A stretch of 64,000 bases of DNA from an uncultured Methanosarcinales archaeon (GTDB taxonomy: Archaea; Nanobdellota; Nanobdellia; Woesearchaeales; CAIVOO01): NCBI GenBank assembly GCA_964485195.1, contig CAZAIK010000005.1, positions 3,773 to 67,772 of the forward strand, read 5' to 3'. Shown here in pieces: positions 1-10,157 of this stretch. How positions within the stretch are numbered: the first letter of the stretch is position 1; every line of letters starts with the position of its first letter. The notes beneath the pieces were generated by a model. It searched no databases. It was not told the DNA's origin and was given only the letters and a program-made list of their open reading frames with translations. The position numbers and the translations under genes are program-made.

Positions 1-104
1 GGGGAGTCATTCCCGTTGATTATCTTGACTATCTCCTCATCCTCAGAAGCGCAGCCAGCCAGCAGGATGGCTATTAATAACCCCAAGATAATGAATTTTC
101 TCAT
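1..104 (-). CDS. Putative lipoprotein, N-terminus only (runs off the window start)
   Basis: Manual translation MRKFIILGLLIAILLAGCASEDEEIVK; signal peptide with LAGC lipobox. Confidence 0.7.
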   Translation of the reverse strand, partial: MRKFIILGLLIAILLAGCASEDEEIVKIINGNDS

Positions 105-140
105 AACTTTTTTAAAGAACACCGCTAATTTATAAATATT

Positions 141-557
141 ATGCCTCAGGAATTTTCAGCAGGACTTATAGCTTTCAAAAGGGCTGAAACCCTCAAATTC
201 CTGCTCCTGAAGTATCCTGGCGGGTACTGGGGCTTTCCAAGGGGCAATGTGGAGGAGGGGGAAAACAGCAGGGAAACTGCCATAAGAGAATTTAAGGAAG
301 AGACAGGACTGTCCCAAAAGAAAATTTTTGAGGGCTTCAAGCACAGGATAGAGTATTTCTACAGGAGGGAAGGCCAGACCATCCACAAGGACGTTGTTTT
401 TTACCTTGCAGAGGCAGAAGAAGGAGATGTTAAGTTGGCAGAGCACACAGGCTATGGCTGGTTTTCCTTTGAGGAAGCAATGGAAAAGCTGAAGTTCAGG
501 AACAACAAGGAAGCCCTTGAGAAGGCAAGCCAGTTTTTGAATGAATACTATCAATAA
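141..557 (+). CDS. NUDIX hydrolase, Ap4A hydrolase-like
   Basis: Nudix box GNVEEGENSRETAIREFKEETGL; WGFP motif; TATA-like TTTATAAA just upstream. Confidence 0.9.
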   Translation: MPQEFSAGLIAFKRAETLKFLLLKYPGGYWGFPRGNVEEGENSRETAIREFKEETGLSQKKIFEGFKHRIEYFYRREGQTIHKDVVFYLAEAEEGDVKLAEHTGYGWFSFEEAMEKLKFRNNKEALEKASQFLNEYYQ

Positions 558-779
558 GTTTTCATATTTTGATCCTTTAGCTGTTTCATGACAGATTTAA
601 GACCAGAAGATGATTCTTTAGATATGGCAATTAACCTGCAGGTGATTTAGAAGAAAAGCCAGCTTCTGAAGATTATTAATCTCCTTTTTCAAGGGGCTTG
701 TTGCAATAGGATACGGAATCAAAGCAATTGCTGGTATGGGCTATGAAACAGCAATGAATTATTTGAGGAGGTAAAAAAA

Positions 780-1127
780 TCATTTCCTTGGAACAGCTTT
801 TGTTCCTTTTGTTCCTTTGCCTGAATAGCCAGCTCCGTCAACACCCTGAGCAAGGCAATAATTGTATAACACTTCCAGTGCTTCTATTGCTTTCCCAATT
901 TTTACTGTTGAACCGATAGTGTACGCGCTTGCTTCATCAATCTTTTGACCGATGTAAGAGGCAAGAGCTGTATACAAAGGCTTTTTTGCCTCATCTGGCA
1001 GAGGGGCCAGCTCCAGTGCAGCCAGCGTTCCTATTGGATTCTCTGCTAAAGCGCCGGATAGTCGCGCTGTGATATCTGACTCTTCCCTGAACCTGTCTAA
1101 AGGTCCTGTTTGATCATCTTTTGACAT
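780..1127 (-). CDS. Hypothetical protein
   Basis: 115-aa ORF with GAGGT RBS upstream; no recognised motif. Confidence 0.6.
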   Translation of the reverse strand: MSKDDQTGPLDRFREESDITARLSGALAENPIGTLAALELAPLPDEAKKPLYTALASYIGQKIDEASAYTIGSTVKIGKAIEALEVLYNYCLAQGVDGAGYSGKGTKGTKAVPRK

Positions 1128-1194
1128 TCTAAACCTCGTACCTACCCAACAGGGATTAAATAATATATAAACTTTTCCATTAATATTGGAGATA

Positions 1195-2112
1195 TTAATT
1201 TAGTTTTAATGAGCCCTTCAGCACCCCGATAATCTCGCATTTCTTGCAGGTTTTTCCTGCAGAGGGCTCCCCGCACATTTCACATTCTCCGACAGCCCCG
1301 TTATCATAATCATCCTGCTTGTGAAGCGTCTCCAAAAAGAAATTGATGATGTTGTATTTCACTGAAGGATGCCTTTTCTCAAACCCGTCAAGATAGTCCC
1401 TGAAATTCTTCCTGTAGGCGTCGGCAGAGCAGGGGCATCTTTCATACTTCACAGGGAATCTCATCAATTTTGAATATGCTGTTGTCTCCTTTTCCGAACA
1501 CAGGTATAGCGGCTTGGCCCTGGTCACGAATGCCTTGTTGCCTCCCTTCCCCGCTATTGGCCCCTGCCTTTTGGCGAGGGAAACGTCATTCCTGAAAATG
1601 TTCATCAGGAATGCCTGCGCCTCGTCATCAAGGGTGTGGCCTGTGGCGACAATGTCAAACTTCATCTGCTTTGCATACTTGTTAATAAGGTATCTCCTGA
1701 GCACTCCGCAGATAAGGCAGGACTGCAATTTCCGCTCCTTCCTGTTCTTATTCACAATTGACTTTATGTAGCAGAGGGAATAGCCGAATTCTTCCCTGAA
1801 AGATATTTCCTTCAGGGAAATATCATATTTTTTGCAAACGCTCCTGAGATTCTCAAGATTTTTCTTTGTATAATTCCCGATAACAGCGTCAACAGTCATT
1901 CCCGTGACATCATATTTCAGCTTCTTGAGGACATAAAGCAGGACCGTGCTGTCCTTGCCCCCTGAAACAGCAACAGCAATCTTCTGCCCGTGATTGAAAA
2001 GCCTGAACTTCCTTATTGTCTTTTTGACCTTCTCCTCAAAATACCTTCGGAAATGCTTCTGGCAAAATCCGGAACATACCGCCTTTTCCTGGCATTTGAC
2101 ACAGGCTTTCAT
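1195..2112 (-). CDS. tRNA 2-thiolation protein (TtuA/Ncs6 PP-loop family)
   Basis: SGGKDS PP-loop, CxxC pairs, ATGHTLDDEAQ, terminal Zn-finger cysteines. Confidence 0.9.
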   Translation of the reverse strand: MKACVKCQEKAVCSGFCQKHFRRYFEEKVKKTIRKFRLFNHGQKIAVAVSGGKDSTVLLYVLKKLKYDVTGMTVDAVIGNYTKKNLENLRSVCKKYDISLKEISFREEFGYSLCYIKSIVNKNRKERKLQSCLICGVLRRYLINKYAKQMKFDIVATGHTLDDEAQAFLMNIFRNDVSLAKRQGPIAGKGGNKAFVTRAKPLYLCSEKETTAYSKLMRFPVKYERCPCSADAYRKNFRDYLDGFEKRHPSVKYNIINFFLETLHKQDDYDNGAVGECEMCGEPSAGKTCKKCEIIGVLKGSLKLN

Positions 2113-2160
2113 AACCAAAAAATTGAGAATAAGGCTTTTAAAGGTTTTGATTATCCAATT

Positions 2161-2298
2161 TCAAAGCTGTTCTTCAGGTTCCAGACGTTCTTCCAAAAGA
2201 AAAGCGAATTTTTCATCCTCTTAATTATCCCAAATCTCTCTCATCTTATGTTACTGTATCTTATGCAGAAATTCATCGTAATGTTCCTTTAACCTCAC
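2161..2298 (-). pseudogene. Decayed antitoxin-like ORF
   Basis: VRLKEHYDEFLHKIQ*HKMREIWDN*EDEK, with in-frame stops at 2251-2253 and 2221-2223; WDNxED motif recalls small antitoxins found beside mazF genes. Confidence 0.4.
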
Positions 2299-2337
2299 TT
2301 TTTGTTCTTATTAATCTCTAAAACAGAATATTTTTGG

Positions 2338-2568
2338 CTATTCTTTCACGCTAAACAATTTTGCGGTCTCCCTTGTTATTTTTTCAAATACGCTCTTTTT
2401 AATTCTGCCTATTTTCTTTTTAATCGGCGATTTCTCCAGAGCAAAGGTTTTGTCAGCTCTTATCCTGCTTTTAACAGGCAAACTTACTGTTGTCAGGCCG
2501 TTATTGTTTAGCAAGGCAGAGTGATTGGTATTTTTCAAATTTGAGGTTAATTCGCAACAACAAAGGAT
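2338..2568 (-). pseudogene. 5'-truncated PemK/MazF toxin remnant
   Basis: ILCCCELTSNLKNTNHS...LPVKSRIRADKTFALEKSPIKKKIGRIK matches the C-terminal two-thirds of MazF; the N-terminal KxRP motif is absent. Confidence 0.65.
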
Positions 2569-5469
2569 TCAGTCAATCTCTTTCTTAACTGTGCACAGGA
2601 ACCTCGCTATCTCGTCTCCCCAGTATCTGGGCACTGCCTTTGAGCAGAAGTCAGAGAGCCATTTCCTGAAATTGTCAGAGAAGCCCTTTCTCTCCCCTTC
2701 AATCAATCGGTTGATGTCGTAAACAATCATCTCCCCAACATCCCCTTTTATTTTTGCCTTGTTGAGCTGCCACCTGAGCCTTTCCCTCTCGTCCATCTCC
2801 TCTTTTGTCTTCTGCTTTTCCTGCCTTTCCCACAATTTTTCATAATTTATGGAAAAGCCGTCGCCAAGGTCCACCTCTTTCTTCGCCCTTTCGCCGTGCT
2901 TCACAGCTATCTTTGCAAGCACCATCTGGTGCATTCTCTTCAGGAATTCCATCTTGTCCTCTATCTTCAACAAGTCTATGTAGCCCTGCATTATCAGGTT
3001 GAACGCGAATGGCGAGGGTATTGTTGTCCTTATTTCCTTTACCCTCATCTTGCCGTCCTCTACCATCTCAATGACTTTCTTCGCGTTTTCAATGTCCATC
3101 AAGTCCTCAAGCACCTCCCTTCTCGCCTCCTTGAGTATCGGGAAATTATTGCTTATCCTTCTCACCGCATTCAGCAGTATCATTGAGCTGACCTGCTGCC
3201 TGCCCACTCTTTTTTCCCTTCCCTTGTATGTCCGCAGGATCATAAGCGCCCTGGAGGCGCAGTGCCTGAACCTTCTTTTCAGCACTTCTGTTGACTCAAT
3301 CGCGTTCTCAAGCACTTCGCGAAGCTCCCCTGAGTTGAGCATCCTCAGCGCCTTCACGGCATCAAAGCCCTTTTTTGACGCAACGTAAAACCCGTTGTCA
3401 TTGATGCCCACTTCCACGTCCCTGTGCTGGCTTCTCGCTATGGCATACGCAACTGCCCTTGAAAGCGCGTCGCAAACCCTCCTTCCGTAAAGGGCGTGGA
3501 AAACTGCATAGTGCTTTCCCTCTTCCTCGTAATTCTCCAGCAAGAGCTTCTTGTCATTGGGAACCTCCCCGCAGTAAAGGAACTGCTCCCTGAAATATTC
3601 ATAAATTGCGTTGGCCGCATTCTCGTCCACATAGAGATGTTCATTGATGAAGCTTATCACTTCCTTTTTCAGCTCGTTGCTTTTGAACCTGTCCTCCACG
3701 AGCCTCCTGAATTTTCCTATGTCCTTTGCAAGGTCAAAGGAGAGGGGAAGCATTTCTGAAAACCAGGATGGCACTGTGGGCTTTTTCCCGATAACAGGCT
3801 CAACCTGGGCAGCCATCCCCCTGGAAAACCTGAACTGGTAGGTGTCCCCGCCCAGCACGAAGATGTCCCCTCTTTTCAGACGTTCCAGGAAGGCCTCGTC
3901 AATTGTTCCTATTGTCTGCTCCCCAATCTTGACCTTTACAGAGGATTCCTCGGGAATCGTGCCTATGTTTGTCATGTATATTACCCTGCTCATCTTTCCC
4001 TTCTTGCCAATCATTCCTGTCTCCTCGTCGTGCCATATCTTTGCATAGATGTGCCTGTCCTCCAATGAAACAAATTTGCCCGCAAGATAATCTATGAGCT
4101 CCCCGAAATCTTTCCTTGAAAGCTCCTTGTAGCAATAACTTTTCCTGACCAGCTTGTAAACGTCATCAATGTGCTGCATTCCCTCCAATGCAATGCCGTC
4201 TATCTGCTGGGCCAGCACGTCAAGGGCGTCAGTGGGAATGTGTATCCTGTCTAGCTTTTTTTCCACTGCGTTTTTCAGGAGCACGGAGCATTCAACTAGA
4301 TCATCCCTGTCAAGAATGATAATCCTTCCCTTTGTCGTGGCGTGGAGCTGGTGCCCGCTTCTCCCCACCCTTTGCAACGCCCTTGCAACTGATTTGGGGC
4401 TTCCCAGGAGTATGACCAGGTCAATGTATCCTATGTCTATTCCCAGCTCCAGCGAGGTGGAGCAGACAACTGCCTTCAGCTTTCCTTCCCTGAGGTTCTG
4501 CTCTATCTTTTTCCTGTGCGTTTTTGAGAGTGAGCCGTGATGGGCGCCGATGTTTTCAGTGTAATTCTTCGGGAATTTTTCCTTAAGGTGATGCACAACC
4601 CTTTCTGTCGCCGCCCTTGTGTTCGTGAAGATAAGCGTTGTCTTGTGCTCCTGTATCAGCCGGTCCATCAGCTCGTACAGCTTGCTGTGGAGGTAATCGG
4701 CATTTATGTCCACGAGATTGCGGACAGGGCTCAGCACTTTCAGGTCAAGGTTCTTGAGAAACTGCACGTCAGCTATGAGGCAGTTTCTTTCATTCCCCAC
4801 GAGAAACCTGGCGATTTCCTCAAGCGGCGCAACTGTGGCGCTCAGCCCCACTCTTGCGAAATTGCATATCCTCTGCATCCTCTCCAGAGTGAGCGAGAGG
4901 TGCACTCCTCTCTTGTTCTCGGCAAGCGCGTGTATCTCATCAATTATCGTCCACTCCACCGCCCTAAGATGCTCCCTGAACTTCAGGGAGGTTATCATTA
5001 TTGCGAGGGATTCAGGGGTTGTTATCAGGATGTGGGGCGACTTTTTCAGCATCCTTGCCTTTTCGCTTGCGCTTGTATCCCCTGTCCTCACCCCGACCCT
5101 AATTCCAAATTTCTTTCCAGCTATTTCCTCAATCTCTTCCAGGGGCTTCAGAAGGTTCACTTCAATGTCATAGTTCAGTGCTTTCAGGGGGGAAACATAA
5201 ACTGCGTAAACCTTGTCCTCCAGCTTTCCCTTCTGGGCCAGGTCCACCAGCTCGTTAAGGATTGACAAGAATCCTGTCAGTGTTTTTGTTGCTCCTGTGG
5301 GAGCGCTGACAAGGATGTTTTCCCTGCTGTGAATGGGCATAACTCCGTAAAGCTGGGGAACTGAAAAGCTGGGGAATTCGGAGAAGAACCATTCCTTAAC
5401 TATGGGATTGAGTAGGTTAATCAGCTGCTCTGGCTTTTCCGGCTCCTTCTTGTAAGTGATTTTTTGCAT
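2569..5469 (-). CDS. lhr: Lhr-family SF2 ATP-dependent helicase
   Basis: APTGATKT, SPLKAL, DEIH, HHGSLS, TSLELGIDIG, QRVGRSGH; Lhr-core C-terminal domains. Confidence 0.95.
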   Translation of the reverse strand: MQKITYKKEPEKPEQLINLLNPIVKEWFFSEFPSFSVPQLYGVMPIHSRENILVSAPTGATKTLTGFLSILNELVDLAQKGKLEDKVYAVYVSPLKALNYDIEVNLLKPLEEIEEIAGKKFGIRVGVRTGDTSASEKARMLKKSPHILITTPESLAIMITSLKFREHLRAVEWTIIDEIHALAENKRGVHLSLTLERMQRICNFARVGLSATVAPLEEIARFLVGNERNCLIADVQFLKNLDLKVLSPVRNLVDINADYLHSKLYELMDRLIQEHKTTLIFTNTRAATERVVHHLKEKFPKNYTENIGAHHGSLSKTHRKKIEQNLREGKLKAVVCSTSLELGIDIGYIDLVILLGSPKSVARALQRVGRSGHQLHATTKGRIIILDRDDLVECSVLLKNAVEKKLDRIHIPTDALDVLAQQIDGIALEGMQHIDDVYKLVRKSYCYKELSRKDFGELIDYLAGKFVSLEDRHIYAKIWHDEETGMIGKKGKMSRVIYMTNIGTIPEESSVKVKIGEQTIGTIDEAFLERLKRGDIFVLGGDTYQFRFSRGMAAQVEPVIGKKPTVPSWFSEMLPLSFDLAKDIGKFRRLVEDRFKSNELKKEVISFINEHLYVDENAANAIYEYFREQFLYCGEVPNDKKLLLENYEEEGKHYAVFHALYGRRVCDALSRAVAYAIARSQHRDVEVGINDNGFYVASKKGFDAVKALRMLNSGELREVLENAIESTEVLKRRFRHCASRALMILRTYKGREKRVGRQQVSSMILLNAVRRISNNFPILKEARREVLEDLMDIENAKKVIEMVEDGKMRVKEIRTTIPSPFAFNLIMQGYIDLLKIEDKMEFLKRMHQMVLAKIAVKHGERAKKEVDLGDGFSINYEKLWERQEKQKTKEEMDERERLRWQLNKAKIKGDVGEMIVYDINRLIEGERKGFSDNFRKWLSDFCSKAVPRYWGDEIARFLCTVKKEID

Positions 5470-5575
5470 CAGGAATGTTTACGCACCTCAGAAACCCCTA
5501 TTTTTAAAGGCTAAGAAGTCATATTTAAAGCTTTTGGTGAAGCATTTTTAAATTTTTTATTGTTCCAAGAGCGGG

Positions 5576-6571
5576 ATGGAGCTTGAAACCAGGATTCTGG
5601 ACAGCGCGCCCAAAAAAAGGCAGAGGCTGAGAAGGTTCTTCAAGAGCATTGACAGGACAACAAGCTGCGGCCTGGAGGAGGGAACGATCAACAGCATCTC
5701 CAGGAAAGGCTGGGTAAAGGCGCACGAAAGCAATCATATGGAAGGTGTCTTCAGATTATTGTTCAGCGCAAAAGCTTTTGAGCTGATGCAGGAAAACAGG
5801 AGAGCTGCAATGGATTATTTCACTGCCGCCAAAATTCTTGAAGAGCGCGGCACTTTTGCCTGCAGGGTAAGCGCGACCCATAAGGCAATTGATAATTTCT
5901 TGGCAGAAGCAAATCCCGACTTTGAAAAAGCAGGGAAAGCCTATCTTTTGTTGAGCAGGTCTCAGCAAACAAGAATTGACAAGCTCAGGAGCATAAGGGA
6001 TGCCCAGGCAAGTTTTATGTGCGGGGGGGAGGACATAGAATTGTTCTCAGAGTATTTTGACACGCTGAAAGAGATTGGCACAAGAACCTTAGACTCTGCT
6101 CTTATAAATTATACTCTTCATACCAGTCTTGACTTTGAAACAGCAGAGAAACTATTAAGCGAGATAATGTTTGCGGAAAAAGAGAATGATTTAAGATTGG
6201 ATGAAATAAAAGCGCTTGCGAAAGACGAGAGAAGGCTGTATGTTAAAACGGCCCTTAACCTGCTATTAACAAGGCATTTTGAACTGGAATGCAGGTACAA
6301 CAAGGCTGCAGTCAAGTACTCATTTGCCGGGGAGCACATAAGTGAGAAGCTAAGGCGGATTGCTTCAGGGCTTTATGTAAAGTCAGCCTTGAATTATACA
6401 AGGGCAGGTGAACAAAACCTCAAAAATGCAGGCTACGCCCTCCTGAGATCTTCTGAATTCAGCAATTTTGAGCCTTTATCCAGGGGGCTTTTCAAAAGGG
6501 CAGAATATTTTTTCAAGAAAGTGGATGTGCCCATTGAGAAAGCCTGGCATTCTGTTAAGGATTTCGGATAG
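5576..6571 (+). CDS. Hypothetical alpha-helical (TPR-like) protein
   Basis: 331-aa ORF with repeated A-x-x-Y/A helical patterns. Confidence 0.65.
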   Translation: MELETRILDSAPKKRQRLRRFFKSIDRTTSCGLEEGTINSISRKGWVKAHESNHMEGVFRLLFSAKAFELMQENRRAAMDYFTAAKILEERGTFACRVSATHKAIDNFLAEANPDFEKAGKAYLLLSRSQQTRIDKLRSIRDAQASFMCGGEDIELFSEYFDTLKEIGTRTLDSALINYTLHTSLDFETAEKLLSEIMFAEKENDLRLDEIKALAKDERRLYVKTALNLLLTRHFELECRYNKAAVKYSFAGEHISEKLRRIASGLYVKSALNYTRAGEQNLKNAGYALLRSSEFSNFEPLSRGLFKRAEYFFKKVDVPIEKAWHSVKDFG

Positions 6572-6579
6572 TTTAAATA

Positions 6580-7296
6580 ATGTTTTCCATTCTTAACATT
6601 ATGCGTTATGAGAAAGACATCGGATTTGCAAGAATTTTCAGCAATAAAAAAACAGGGAAAAGCCTTGAACTAATTTTCAGGAACGCCTGGCTGAAAAACA
6701 AAAGGATATTCAGGAAAACACCCTCAAAATTCAGGATAGTCATTTGCGACACTGAAAGGGAAATGAAAAAGAAGGCAAAATATTATTACAAGCCGAGGAT
6801 TACTGCCACTGTTTTGCGCGACAACACCCTTGTGACAAGAAGCCCCGGGTTTATTGAAAAAATCGGAAAATTCAGCAGGAAGGATTTTCCGAAAATCGTC
6901 AATCACGAGATGAACCACGTCTTCTGGAATGATTTTTACAATACCACAAAGCCGGTGTGGCTTTTGGAAGGATTCGCCTGCTATGCAGGTGAGAATGAGA
7001 TGGTCGGCAAGGACAGGATTAAGAAGATAATAAAAGAGAGGGAAGTAGATTATTCAATACTGCATTACAGGTATATTGAAAGCAAATTTGCAAAAGTGAG
7101 ACCTTTCGCCTACAAGATATGGGGAGGCTTCACCAGGTTTATCATTAAAAAACACGGTGCTGGCAGCATTGTCAGGCTGATGAATGAATACTCAAAGAAG
7201 ATTGCAGGAAGGCACTATGACAGGGTTTTCAAAAGAATTTTCAGAAAACCAGAAGAGGAGCTTTTCGAGGACTATTTAGAGAGCTTGAGGGGCTGA
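6580..7296 (+). CDS. Gluzincin/peptidase MA-like protein
   Basis: HEMNH (HExxH) followed by PVWLLEGFACY. Confidence 0.75.
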   Translation: MFSILNIMRYEKDIGFARIFSNKKTGKSLELIFRNAWLKNKRIFRKTPSKFRIVICDTEREMKKKAKYYYKPRITATVLRDNTLVTRSPGFIEKIGKFSRKDFPKIVNHEMNHVFWNDFYNTTKPVWLLEGFACYAGENEMVGKDRIKKIIKEREVDYSILHYRYIESKFAKVRPFAYKIWGGFTRFIIKKHGAGSIVRLMNEYSKKIAGRHYDRVFKRIFRKPEEELFEDYLESLRG

Positions 7297-7382
7297 AAAG
7301 GCATTTCCTTTATAAATAGTCACTCTTTAGTGGCGAAATATTTATAAATGAAGGGCCAGAATCTGTAAATAAGAGGAATACA

Positions 7383-7934
7383 ATGGTTAACAAAGTAAGG
7401 GAGTTTGGAACCGCAGAATACTCCGCAATGGATGTTGAAAATCCTTTTGATGACATAATTCCCAGAAGAGTGGAGAATATTGCTGACAGGTATGTTCTCC
7501 TGCATCCGGAGCAGAGCATAAAAGTCAGGAATGAAAAGCTGGTAAAGAGCAAAAGACACATATTTCAGGACCCATCAGGCATTGACGTTTTCATCAACAC
7601 GATATTTCCAAACAGGCCCGGCAGGGAGCCCTTAAAATCCTTTACCAAAATGCACGGCATTGAAGATGCTTTCAGGCAAACTGATTCCGGAATTCTTGTC
7701 CGCAAGGAAAAAAAAGTGTACAAAGCAGGCGATGTCAATATTCATTGTTCCCTGATGAAAATGGATGACCACCAGTTTGCAATCCTGTCCCTGGTCGGAG
7801 ACAGCCCGGACAAGGTATCTGAAGTAAGGGACAAGCTCGGCCTCACCCAAAAGAATTTAAACCTGCCAGGCTATCTGATGGGGTATGCCCAAGAAACCAA
7901 GGACTGTGGAGCTGGACACTGTATTAGGCTCTAA
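7383..7934 (+). CDS. Divergent CYTH-like protein
   Basis: DRYV..SIKVR and VRKEKKVYK..VNIH resemble CYTH strands; the ExE motif is not evident. Confidence 0.5.
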   Translation: MVNKVREFGTAEYSAMDVENPFDDIIPRRVENIADRYVLLHPEQSIKVRNEKLVKSKRHIFQDPSGIDVFINTIFPNRPGREPLKSFTKMHGIEDAFRQTDSGILVRKEKKVYKAGDVNIHCSLMKMDDHQFAILSLVGDSPDKVSEVRDKLGLTQKNLNLPGYLMGYAQETKDCGAGHCIRL

Positions 7935-9156
7935 AAAAGCCGAGCTTATTTCTGATTTTGACTCAAAAGCTGCTGAAACGGTAGAGTTATTGTATGCTTA
8001 TTACCTCCAGTTCCAGGACAAGCTCGAGCTTTTCAGCCAGCTAAAAGACCTCATAATAAGTGTTAAGTCACAAATATATGACATACAAAACAGGAAGCTG
8101 AAAGAACTGCCTTCCGGAGAATACAGCAGGCTATACGCAGAAGTTGAAAAAGGCCTGGCAAGGCTTACGGAAGAGCTGGGGAAAGTCAGGGAAATTGTAT
8201 CCGCTGAAAAAGCTGAAGAGGAAAAAGAGGAAAGTAATATCAGGTATCTCCTAAATTTCATAGAAAAAAAGCTTCCTGAAAAAGAAATCAGCCCCAAGCT
8301 TGAAAAAAGCCTGAAAAGGATGAAGGCTTTCCTTGCAAACGCGGAAAGAAAAACCTACGGAGTTCACCATCTTCTAACTCTTCAGTTGAATCTGCTGGAA
8401 GACATAACAGGGGCAAGGCGGGAAGCTGATGCAGAAATAAAAAGCAACAAAAAAAGGCTGGTCAGGACATTAAGAATCCTGGAGCTTGAAATAATGAGGC
8501 TGGGAAAGTATCTCAAGGAGGAATCAGAAATAATAAAGCACCCCCTTGCAAAAGTGCGCAAGTTCAAGGATGACCTGCAGGCATTGAGAAGCCTTGGCCT
8601 GGTATACTCAGAGCCGGAGCTCAACAGGCAGAATCTGGAGATAGTGACCACAAGGATAAGAAGCGATGGAAAAATATTTTACGGAGCCAAGGGGATAGGC
8701 ATAATACACCCTGATGACACAGTTGAAGCGAGATTTGTAAAGGGAGGGGCAGAAAAGCATTCAGAAGTGGTCCAGATGCTTCTTGAGGGAATGGCAGGCG
8801 CAAAACTGGCAGACGAGATAGCAATCAAGGCATACCTCCTTTCCCTTCCCCTCGACAGGATAACCAGGATTGCGGGATACGAGCTCCAGCTTGAATTCAA
8901 CCAAAACAACGAGCTGAAAATAGTGAACATAGATTACGCATCAACAATACTTGAAGTGCAGATGGAAAGAAAGGAACTGCACGGGGAATTCATAAGCATA
9001 TCAAAGAAAGATTTCGAAAGGCTTAACTATGCTGTGTTGTTCTCCATCGACAAAGAGCTTTTAGACCAGGAAAAATTCAAGATGAACACAGAAAAAAGAG
9101 GGAACAAGATACACGTCACAGACAGGAGGATTTATCCTCTGAGAGGTGAAGGATGA
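7885..9156 (+). CDS. Hypothetical coiled-coil protein with globular C-terminal domain
   Basis: 423-aa ORF; N-terminal ~240 aa rich in E/K/L heptads. Confidence 0.75.
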   Translation: MPKKPRTVELDTVLGSKKAELISDFDSKAAETVELLYAYYLQFQDKLELFSQLKDLIISVKSQIYDIQNRKLKELPSGEYSRLYAEVEKGLARLTEELGKVREIVSAEKAEEEKEESNIRYLLNFIEKKLPEKEISPKLEKSLKRMKAFLANAERKTYGVHHLLTLQLNLLEDITGARREADAEIKSNKKRLVRTLRILELEIMRLGKYLKEESEIIKHPLAKVRKFKDDLQALRSLGLVYSEPELNRQNLEIVTTRIRSDGKIFYGAKGIGIIHPDDTVEARFVKGGAEKHSEVVQMLLEGMAGAKLADEIAIKAYLLSLPLDRITRIAGYELQLEFNQNNELKIVNIDYASTILEVQMERKELHGEFISISKKDFERLNYAVLFSIDKELLDQEKFKMNTEKRGNKIHVTDRRIYPLRGEG

Positions 9157-9506
9157 GAGAAGCCCAGGAGCAGATAAAAAAATTCAACGACGAGCTGGAC
9201 TGGAGCAGCCCTTCCTGCGTGAAGGACCTGCTTCTCAACATGAACGAGGAGATAGGGGAGCTGTGGAACATCATAAAATGGGTGGACACAGACACGCAGC
9301 TTAAGCTGGTAGAGGAAAACAAGGAAGAGGTTGAGAATTTTGTGGGAGACATGATTTATCTCATCCTTAAAGTGGCCTATCTTTACGGCATTGACTCGAA
9401 AACAGCCATTGACAAAGTGATAAAAGAGTACGAAAAGAGGTTTCCGAAAGAAAAGGCAAAGGGAACCCACGGCAACGTAAGGGCCGGCGGTGTTGACTTA
9501 AAATAA
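9153..9506 (+). CDS. MazG-like nucleotide pyrophosphohydrolase
   Basis: EEIGEL...VGDMIYLI motif; ATGA overlap with upstream gene. Confidence 0.85.
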   Translation: MREAQEQIKKFNDELDWSSPSCVKDLLLNMNEEIGELWNIIKWVDTDTQLKLVEENKEEVENFVGDMIYLILKVAYLYGIDSKTAIDKVIKEYEKRFPKEKAKGTHGNVRAGGVDLK

Positions 9507-9604
9507 GGGAAGAAAATTCTGTTTGGGAAACAAAGGAAATCAAAAAAAGCTCTGATTTTTTAAACCGGTAAGGTATATAAATTTTATCATCTTCTAATCA
9601 GGGC

Positions 9605-10027
9605 ATGGATGCGAAAAAACCCTCAGCATTCTCAGACAGGCAAATTATCCTCGGACTTTCACCCACGACTATGCTCACCCTTCTTGAAGGAGAGAATGTT
9701 GAGGAAAGGGAGAAGGAGAAAGTCATTGGAGAGAATGCATGTTTCTTCAAGGAGGCCGTGCTTGGACTGATATACCTCAGGGAAAGCAATTTTGAGGACC
9801 CCAATTGGGGAAAGAAAGTGAAGAAAGCAAAGATCCTGCAAAGGGCAGTTCCTGACCTGAAAACAATAGAGGACAATGAAGTGATAGACAAACTATCAAG
9901 ATACTCCGCCGGCATTGAAGGGCTGAAAAGCGATTGTTTAAGGTCAGAAGACCTGAAAGGAGAACTGAAAATGATTTACGAATTAATGGCGGCATACGAA
10001 AACAAGGATGTTAAAAGCCCATTTTAG
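9605..10027 (+). CDS. Hypothetical protein
   Basis: 140-aa ORF preceded by TATATAAA. Confidence 0.6.
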   Translation: MDAKKPSAFSDRQIILGLSPTTMLTLLEGENVEEREKEKVIGENACFFKEAVLGLIYLRESNFEDPNWGKKVKKAKILQRAVPDLKTIEDNEVIDKLSRYSAGIEGLKSDCLRSEDLKGELKMIYELMAAYENKDVKSPF

Positions 10028-10079
10028 AATTACAATTAATACAAAACCTTATAAAACAAAATTCTTTTTCCAATTCATT

Positions 10080-10153
10080 GGCCCTGTAGCATAACCTGGA
10101 TAGTGCGGCCGGCTTCGGACCGGTTGATCGGGGTTCGAATCCCTGCAGGGCCA
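10080..10153 (+). tRNA. tRNA-Arg(TCG)
   Basis: Acceptor GGCCCTG/CAGGGCC, anticodon arm GCCGG-CTTCGGA-CCGGT, TTCGAAT T-loop. Confidence 0.95.
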
Positions 10154-10157
10154 TTAT

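Noticed and set aside
588-774. Possible degraded gene between the Nudix gene and the 780-1127 ORF
   Set aside because: Only short fragments in different frames with no recognisable family.
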